Source: a virus. Taken from it: a stretch of DNA of 5,720 bases. The stretch covers positions 1 to 5,720 of the IMG/VR virus record IMGVR_UViG_3300045988_019579; one strand, 5' to 3'. This document shows positions 1-3,974 of this stretch, in pieces. Both the position numbers and the translations under genes were made by a program. The notes under the pieces were generated by a model. It was not told the origin of the DNA. It saw only the letters and a list, made by a program, of their open reading frames with translations, and did not search any database. Position 1 is the first letter of the stretch. The number at the start of each line of letters is the position of its first letter.

Positions 1-55
1 GCCTTTTAGGTATTGCATTACCTGTTCGTCATTTGTTCCGGATTTGCTCATGCTC
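1..55. repeat. Terminal redundancy: 55 nt identical to 5666-5720 (circular genome closure, unit length 5665 nt)
   Basis: Base-by-base comparison of 1-55 (gccttttaggtattgcattacctgttcgtcatttgttccggatttgctcatgctc) with 5666-5720 gives identity at all 55 positions. The repeat sits exactly at both window ends, as expected for a k-mer overlap of a circular assembly. Confidence 0.95.
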
Positions 56-234
56 TGACTGCTTCCGCTGCCTTGCTGTGTGCTTCCGCCTGCGCTCTGG
101 CTTTGTCCTGTTTGACCCCATCCACCGAATAACCTTCCAACGTTTCCTGCGGCATTTGCCACATTTCCTATTGTGTTTGCTACTGTTCCAATGCCTCCGG
201 CTAACATCAAGAAGTCGTCTATTCCAAACGCCAT
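1..234 (-). CDS. VP2: VP2 minor capsid / DNA pilot protein, N-terminal part. The true ATG is at 234-232 and the ORF continues across the circular junction into 5665..4991.
   Basis: Manual translation of the minus strand from ATG 234 gives MAFGIDDFLMLAGGIGTVANTIGNVANAAGNVGRLFGGWGQTGQSQSAGGSTQQGSGSSQS. This runs in frame with no stop into MSKSGTNDEQVMQYLKG, which is the start of the 241-aa track ORF. An in-frame TAA lies 2 codons upstream of ATG 234, so this is the first possible start. The Gly-rich hydrophobic N-terminus is typical of microvirus VP2. Confidence 0.8.
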   Translation of the reverse strand, partial: MAFGIDDFLMLAGGIGTVANTIGNVANAAGNVGRLFGGWGQTGQSQSAGGSTQQGSGSSQSMSKSGTNDEQVMQYLKG

Positions 235-244
235 TTTTTAAAAT

Positions 245-264
245 AGCCGGGATTTCTCCCGGCT
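245..264 (-). promoter_or_regulatory. Stem-loop between the VP1 stop and VP2 start (weak intrinsic terminator/attenuator and/or SD-to-AUG bridging hairpin)
   Basis: The minus strand reads CTG TAA GAAAGGAGGA AGCCGGG AGAAAT CCCGGCT ATTTTAAAAA ATG. It has a perfect 7-bp stem (245-251 / 258-264) and a 6-nt loop, followed by AUUUU. The only Shine-Dalgarno for VP2 (AAAGGAGG, 266-273) lies immediately 5' of the stem. Confidence 0.55.
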
Positions 265-274
265 TCCTCCTTTC

Positions 275-1939
275 TTACAGTTTGTACAGCCCGGGCACGC
301 TGTAAAGCGGCATCCTGCGAGTTGTCTTGTTTGCTACGCGAATTGCTCCGAAGAACTGCGGTTCGTTCTCTACAATTAACGTCCTTGCAATTTCCTCTTT
401 TCCTTCTGTCATCCACTCTTGCGACAGTGTAGGAACTGCTTTGTAGTTGTCTGCATAGTGCCAGAAGTCGAGCGTTCCCGTTGCGTTGCTTCGCATTAAA
501 CCGCTTACACGGTTTGGTTTCATTCGGTAGTCTGCCCATGCTTCCTGATAGCCAAACGTTTCATCGTCTGTTGCTTCACCGGTGAGCATGATTTCTTTCT
601 TTTTTACCGGCTGTTCACCCAGATTTGCGAACTGTGGCACGTAGTAATCCAGCCTGTCCTTTCTGCTCCAAAAACGCTCAAGGCCTTGTTGGTAGCTTCT
701 GTTGTGTCTTACACAGCATACGCCAATCACAAAGCCGTGCTCTTCAAAGCTCTTCGTGAAAGAACTCTCGTTGATGGGTGTAACAGACATTGCACCGGTT
801 TCACCAATAGGTGTGTCGTTGCTTGTCTGCTGGCCACTCGTCTGCACGATTTGGTTAATGTTTACGTGATAGCGTCCACCACCCAGATATTCAGGCACTT
901 GTACCGTTTTATCTGAAATGATTACATCCCAGATTGCTTGCACCTGTTCACGGTATCTTGAGCCGCCCCGTGCCATTTCTTCGTAGTACTGTTGTACTGC
1001 GATGGCCTGTCTCAGCTGGTTGATAGTTGCTTGTGCTCCTGTTGCTGTTAGGTCTCCTGAAAGGTTTACGTACAGATTGCCTTGTTTTATTTGTGCTCCG
1101 CCTGATCCTGTTGCACCTGTTACTGTTGCCGCTCCACCACCGCCGCCGTCAATTGAACCTGCTGCCATTGAAGTTCCATTCATGAAGATTGTGCCCTGCG
1201 GTTTCTGTCCGGCTATATCTCTTAGTTCTACCGGATACAATCCGCTTAACGGGATTGTTACGTCTGGCCCTCTCTGCGGATATGGCAAACAGCTTGTGAA
1301 GTAGTCGTGGAATTTGTTTACTGGTAGAAGATTACCACCTGTTACAGCTTCCTGCAGCTCTTTTTCCATGGTGTCTTCTTCGCCTGTGCTCATTGTGTAT
1401 GTCACATCTGCATCGTCACTTTTCAGCACTGCGGCGTTGTCTACGTTTTCATCCCTGAAAAATTCGTTCCAGATTTTAACATATGCTCTGATTGGCAGTG
1501 CGTTGACACTGAACGGTTTCTTTACTTTTGTGGGTACTCCCATATAGTCCAGTATCGATTTTTCATTCGGCATTGGGGACATTTCATTTCCGTTGATTTT
1601 GATTTGTGGTACAGAATACGTTTTTGCTGGCATCCATGGAGTTTCTTCTACTTCGCCCATAAAGTATTTAAAGTTGTCCCATAAAATGCGGTTTGGACAG
1701 AAGAAATAGTAAAAGTCGATAAAACTATCGTCCATTACTGGGTATTTTGGTGTTGTCATGCGGATAATTGCCGCTGTATCCACGCTGAAAGTGTCGCCCG
1801 GTAGTACTTCGTCCACGTAAAATGGGATGAGTCTGCCCGCGTCGAACGTTGTCAAAATCGTTTGGTCTCTATTGAATCTCGTTCGGCTTGCTTTTATCTG
1901 CGGAATCTGGTTAAAATGCCGTTCATTATTCCGATTCAT
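275..1939 (-). CDS. VP1: Major capsid protein VP1 (Microviridae F-like capsid protein)
   Basis: 554-aa ORF. The N-terminus (FNQIPQIKASRTRFNRDQTILTTFDAGRLIPFYVDEVLPGDTF) and the overall length match the gokushovirus-type VP1 pattern. The ATG is preceded by GGAAGGAGAGG. It is the largest ORF in a 5.7-kb circular genome that also carries VP2/VP3/VP4. Confidence 0.95.
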   Translation of the reverse strand: MNRNNERHFNQIPQIKASRTRFNRDQTILTTFDAGRLIPFYVDEVLPGDTFSVDTAAIIRMTTPKYPVMDDSFIDFYYFFCPNRILWDNFKYFMGEVEETPWMPAKTYSVPQIKINGNEMSPMPNEKSILDYMGVPTKVKKPFSVNALPIRAYVKIWNEFFRDENVDNAAVLKSDDADVTYTMSTGEEDTMEKELQEAVTGGNLLPVNKFHDYFTSCLPYPQRGPDVTIPLSGLYPVELRDIAGQKPQGTIFMNGTSMAAGSIDGGGGGAATVTGATGSGGAQIKQGNLYVNLSGDLTATGAQATINQLRQAIAVQQYYEEMARGGSRYREQVQAIWDVIISDKTVQVPEYLGGGRYHVNINQIVQTSGQQTSNDTPIGETGAMSVTPINESSFTKSFEEHGFVIGVCCVRHNRSYQQGLERFWSRKDRLDYYVPQFANLGEQPVKKKEIMLTGEATDDETFGYQEAWADYRMKPNRVSGLMRSNATGTLDFWHYADNYKAVPTLSQEWMTEGKEEIARTLIVENEPQFFGAIRVANKTTRRMPLYSVPGLYKL

Positions 1940-2324
1940 TCTTTACCTCTCCTTCCTTTGACGTTTCCTTTGGCGTTTCCTTCTGCATCTCCTGTAGTGC
2001 AATTGTGTTTGCTTGCGCCGTTGCAATCATTCGGTGATATTCGTGAATGTTCTGCGGCCATTCGGTAATATCCATCTCTGTCCCGTCCAATGCTCCCTGT
2101 GAAAGGCTCTGCATAAACTGCGGGTCAAAACTCGCTTTTCTTACAATGTTTTTAATGTCGCATTCATCTGCATAGCTTTCAATTTCTGCTTGGATATCGA
2201 TACTTTTGGTTTCTTGCAGATATTCTTTGCCTTCTTTATCTTTTGCCCAAACGTATTGTTTTCGCTGTTTTTCGCCTGATTCAGAAAAGAAGGGCTTTCG
2301 CCCTTCTTCGTACCTTTTATTCAT
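1926..2324 (-). CDS. VP3: Internal scaffolding protein VP3 (Chlamydia-phage Chp2 scaffold-like)
   Basis: 132-aa acidic ORF directly upstream of VP1, overlapping it by 14 nt. It contains ECDIKNIVRK, resembling the ECDINxIMKKF motif I recall in gokushovirus VP3. SD GGGAGGG lies 8 nt upstream of the ATG. Confidence 0.8.
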   Translation of the reverse strand: MNKRYEEGRKPFFSESGEKQRKQYVWAKDKEGKEYLQETKSIDIQAEIESYADECDIKNIVRKASFDPQFMQSLSQGALDGTEMDITEWPQNIHEYHRMIATAQANTIALQEMQKETPKETSKEGEVKNESE

Positions 2325-2556
2325 TCGACTTACCCTCCCACACTTTCTCTTTGCAGTTGGTGAATTCTCCGTTTTCGTCGTTGAACACTGCCAGTTTGTA
2401 CCCGGTGTAGTCCTGCGGTGACTGGCCGATAAAGGTCTTTTCGTCCTTCTGCATTACGTTGCACATGCGTGCAAACGTCTGGTCGTTTTTGCTTTCACCA
2501 ATCCATGCGTAACATTTTGCTACGCTGTCCCAAACACCATAATAGGTGTGTTCCAT
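2317..2556 (-). CDS. Conserved microvirus small non-structural protein (VP5-like position), function unknown
   Basis: 79-aa ORF with SD AAGGAG 7 nt upstream of the ATG. Its stop overlaps the VP3 start by 8 nt. The pattern YGVWDSVAKCY...FARM...PQDYTGYKLAVFNDENGEF resembles the xVYDxKAxxY...AxRxF...PEDYxLxxIGxFDxxTG signature that I recall from small proteins of gut microviruses. This is a memory-based match, not a search. Confidence 0.65.
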   Translation of the reverse strand: MEHTYYGVWDSVAKCYAWIGESKNDQTFARMCNVMQKDEKTFIGQSPQDYTGYKLAVFNDENGEFTNCKEKVWEGKSNE

Positions 2557-2574
2557 TGCTTTTCTCCTTTTCTC

Positions 2575-2697
2575 TTACAGCCGAATACCGCCGCGCATAG
2601 GTTTCTGGCTCAGGTTGATGCTTTTCGTTTTTCGCGCGGTTACGTTAAACATGCGCTTGTCTTTCGCACCTTTCATTACTTTACGATGCCGGCCCAT
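2575..2697 (-). CDS. Small basic DNA-binding/packaging protein (phiX174 J analogue, gokushovirus ORF8/VP8-like), 40 aa, absent from the ORF track
   Basis: Manual translation gives MGRHRKVMKGAKDKRMFNVTARKTKSINLSQKPMRGGIRL followed by a stop. 14 of 40 residues are Arg/Lys/His. The C-terminal PMRGGIRL matches the ending I recall for gokushovirus ORF8-type proteins. SD AAGGGAG lies 7 nt upstream, and the start overlaps the preceding ORF by 17 nt. Confidence 0.72.
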   Translation of the reverse strand: MGRHRKVMKGAKDKRMFNVTARKTKSINLSQKPMRGGIRL

Positions 2698-2908
2698 TGT
2701 TGTACTCCCTTCTCATTAGCTCTAATTCTATGTCGTTTGCCAATTTTTTCATTCTCCATATTTCATCGATGATTTTTTTTGCATCTTCGATTTTGGATAC
2801 TTTTTTTATGAGCTTGAACTTTGCCTCGATGTTTGTATAGAGTCTTTCTTCTTGAAATCTTAATTCATTTTCGGTCTGGTCTCTGACGTTCCACGATTTT
2901 GCAATCAT
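2681..2908 (-). CDS. Hypothetical protein, 75 aa, charged/coiled-coil-like, no recognisable family
   Basis: The ORF fills the space exactly between neighbouring genes. SD AAGGAG lies 9 nt upstream of the ATG and is embedded in the end of the preceding small ORF. The heptad-like charged sequence is EAKFKLIKKVSKIEDAKKIIDEIWRMKKLANDIELEL. No transmembrane segment is present. Confidence 0.55.
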   Translation of the reverse strand: MIAKSWNVRDQTENELRFQEERLYTNIEAKFKLIKKVSKIEDAKKIIDEIWRMKKLANDIELELMRREYNNGPAS

Positions 2909-2914
2909 CTTTGT

Positions 2915-3031
2915 TTACTCCTTTTCGTTCGGCTGGTCGTGCAGAGCGTGATAGATCTCGTCCAGCTTTTCCAGAATCTGCATCATGATTTTGATTGCCT
3001 GCTTGACGTCTTTGATGCTGATAAGTGCCAT
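2915..3031 (-). CDS. Hypothetical small protein, 38 aa (MALISIKDVKQAIKIMMQILEKLDEIYHALHDQPNEKE), absent from the ORF track
   Basis: The ATG lies 4 nt after the peptidase stop, with AAGGGGGTG 7 nt upstream. The stop lies 6 nt before the next ATG. It reads as an amphipathic helix. Support comes only from packing and RBS geometry. Confidence 0.4.
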   Translation of the reverse strand: MALISIKDVKQAIKIMMQILEKLDEIYHALHDQPNEKE

Positions 3032-3035
3032 TTGT

Positions 3036-3425
3036 TTACACCCCCTTTCTGTATTTATTTTCTCGCACGTCTATGTGCACAAAGTTATTGTACCTGATTA
3101 CTCCACCGCCTAATTCGCCGAGCACCTTGCTCGCATATTCTGCCACCTCCTTGCTATTATGATTTTTTACTACAATGTCGGCCGCCATGCCTTTCACGTG
3201 ATAGCTGTTTTTTGCGCCGCCTACTTTTGTGTTCCATGTTGGTGTTCTGTATCCTGAATTGATGATTACTGGTTCTTTAAAGTGCTCTCTGATTCTTTCT
3301 AAGAGTGCGAGCAGTTCAGGTGCCCACAAAAATTCTTTTGTTCCGTCTTTGCATCTAAATTCTTCTGCTTTGAAGTGTTGCGTTAATCGGTCGTTGTTTG
3401 TTTGGTTTAGGATTGCTGTACTCAT
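3036..3425 (-). CDS. Zinc D,D- or L,D-peptidase of the LAS/M15 superfamily (Peptidase_M15_3 / DUF882-like), putative peptidoglycan hydrolase
   Basis: 129-aa ORF with an exact SxHxxGxAxD signature (S74-Y-H76-V-K-G79-M-A81-A-D83) and SGYR (57-60). A distal HxD (FVH117-I-D119) gives the H/D/H zinc ligand set. The N-terminal region FKAEEFRCKDG is typical of the family. There is no signal peptide or transmembrane segment. SD AAGAGGTGG lies upstream of the ATG. Confidence 0.88.
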   Translation of the reverse strand: MSTAILNQTNNDRLTQHFKAEEFRCKDGTKEFLWAPELLALLERIREHFKEPVIINSGYRTPTWNTKVGGAKNSYHVKGMAADIVVKNHNSKEVAEYASKVLGELGGGVIRYNNFVHIDVRENKYRKGV

Positions 3426-3446
3426 TTTAGACCACCTCTTGTTTGT

Positions 3447-3475
3447 ATTTTATTTTTTTCTGTTCGCTTTGTCAA
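3447..3475 (-). promoter_or_regulatory. Sigma70-type promoter driving the whole minus-strand gene array
   Basis: The minus strand reads AAAATTTTTTAAAAAAACC TTGACA (3475-3470), a 17-nt spacer, TAAAAT (3452-3447), then ACAAAC AAGAGGTGGT CTAAA ATG. The -35 is a perfect consensus, the spacing is optimal, the -10 matches 5/6, and an A/T-rich UP-like tract lies upstream. The predicted start near 3440 gives a leader of about 15 nt. Confidence 0.6.
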
Positions 3476-3503
3476 GGTTTTTTTAAAAAATTTTGGCAAA
3501 GCG
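3465..3503. promoter_or_regulatory. Imperfect 39-bp palindrome overlapping the -35 element (possible operator)
   Basis: CGCTTTGTCAA (3465-3475) and TTGGCAAAGCG (3493-3503) are inverted repeats with 1 mismatch. They flank GGTTTTTTTAAAAAATT, which is itself nearly palindromic. Confidence 0.4.
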
Positions 3504-3524
3504 AGCAGATGCCCGCGGCAGGCG

Positions 3525-3688
3525 TTTTTAACATTTTCCACAGACTTTTCAACATTTCCACATTGTTAAACTTTAGCATAACAGAGTGTTTTAACATTTT
3601 AACATTTTCTCAACAAATCTTTTAACGTTTGTTTTTACTGTTTTTTAACGTTCTAACGTTCAAAATTATCTGTTTTCAACTTTTCCAC
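3525..3688. repeat. Iteron array: AACATTT(T)(CCACA) copies and TTTTAACGTT copies
   Basis: Plus-strand copies of the first motif are AACATTTTCCACA 3530-3542, AACATTTCCACA 3551-3562, tandem AACATTTT 3593-3600 and 3601-3608, and CAACTTTTCCAC 3677-3688. Copies of the second motif are TTTTAACGTT 3620-3629 and 3643-3652, and TAACGTT 3654-3660. Most copies are preceded by a T-run. Confidence 0.7.
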
Positions 3689-3728
3689 TCACTCTACTAC
3701 TACGGCTACAACAAGTTAATATTATAAA

Positions 3729-3774
3729 TACGCGTGCGCATGTGCGCGCGTCTACGCGTGCGCATGTGCGCGCG
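3729..3774. repeat. Tandem direct repeat, 2 x 22 nt, TACGCGTGCGCATGTGCGCGCG, perfectly alternating pyrimidine/purine and GC-rich
   Basis: Unit 1 is 3729-3750 and unit 2 is 3753-3774. The units are identical and separated by TC. Each contains the palindromes ACGCGT, TGCGCA, CATG and GCGCGC, and a self-complementary core GCGCA-TG-TGCGC. Confidence 0.9.
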
Positions 3775-3795
3775 ATACATTAGCATCTATCGATA

Positions 3796-3855
3796 GCGAC
3801 AGCCCCATGAGTTGGGGCGCTGTCGCAAGGGGGAGACCAAAGGTCTCCCCCTTGC
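3796..3855. other. Two abutting long hairpins (ssDNA/RNA secondary-structure elements)
   Basis: In hairpin A, GCGACAGCCCCA (3796-3807) pairs with TGGGG (3813-3817) plus CTGTCGC (3820-3826), with a 2-nt bulge and loop TGAGT. In hairpin B, GCAAGGGGGAGACC (3825-3838) pairs perfectly with GGTCTCCCCCTTGC (3842-3855), giving a 14-bp stem and loop AAA. A 10-bp perfect palindrome CTATCGATAG sits just before them at 3787-3796. Confidence 0.85.
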
Positions 3856-3929
3856 TAAACTGAATAGAGTGTAATGTGCTGTTTTTAAATCATTTTTCGG
3901 TGTCTCTTTGAGAAACCAAACGGAAGAGT

Positions 3930-3963
3930 AAGCCCAGTACCCTACTTGATAGGTACTGGGCTT
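3930..3963 (-). terminator. Strong hairpin 12 nt downstream of the VP4 stop (candidate end of the transcription unit or ssDNA structural element)
   Basis: AAGCCCAGTACC (3930-3941) and GGTACTGGGCTT (3952-3963) form a perfect 12-bp stem with a 10-nt loop. On the minus strand it is followed by ACTCTTCCGTTTGGTTTCTC, which is only a weak U-tract, so terminator function is uncertain. Confidence 0.4.
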
Positions 3964-3974
3964 GGTGACACCAA

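Noticed and set aside
219-539. 106-aa minus-strand ORF overlapping the VP1 C-terminus, the hairpin and the VP2 start
   Set aside because: It sits in an alternative frame of VP1 with no properly spaced SD. It crosses the VP1 stop, the stem-loop and the VP2 initiation region, and its composition is basic and low-complexity, typical of an out-of-frame read.
1940-2000. 12-nt near-tandem repeat in the VP3 3' end (acgtttcctttg/gcgtttccttctg, encoding KETPKETSKEGE)
   Set aside because: It is a simple low-complexity acidic/lysine tail of the scaffold protein, with no independent structural or regulatory signal evident.
3510-3530. Mini stem TGCC-CGC-GGCA followed by GGCGTTTTT on the plus strand, as a terminator
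   Set aside because: It has only a 4-bp stem with a 3-nt loop, and it lies on the non-coding strand where no transcript is expected to need termination.
3729-3774. The two-copy GC-rich repeat as a CRISPR array
   Set aside because: There are only two units separated by 2 nt, so there are no spacers, there are no cas genes, and the context is a 5.7-kb phage genome. It is a tandem repeat, not a CRISPR.
3571-3774. A dif-like XerC/XerD recombination site, since some gokushoviruses integrate at dif. GTGCGCAT in the GC repeat matches the core of the E. coli XerC arm. ATGTTAAA in the iterons and TTATGCTAAAG (minus strand near 3571-3581) resemble the XerD arm.
   Set aside because: The half-site-like pieces are never arranged as 11 nt + 6 nt + 11 nt with inverted inner ends (CATAA/TTATG). 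The matches are short and AT-rich, or are part of a longer unrelated repeat. It is worth a formal search against host dif sites, but it is not supportable from the sequence alone.
3487-3775. Short minus-strand ORFs inside the intergenic region: about 41 aa MLKHSVMLKFNNVEMLKSLWKMLK... across the iterons, and 26 aa MLMYRAHMRTRRRAHMRTRIYNINLL across the GC repeat
   Set aside because: Their sequences are direct read-outs of the DNA repeats, they lack SDs, and they lie upstream of the predicted promoter, so they are most likely non-coding.
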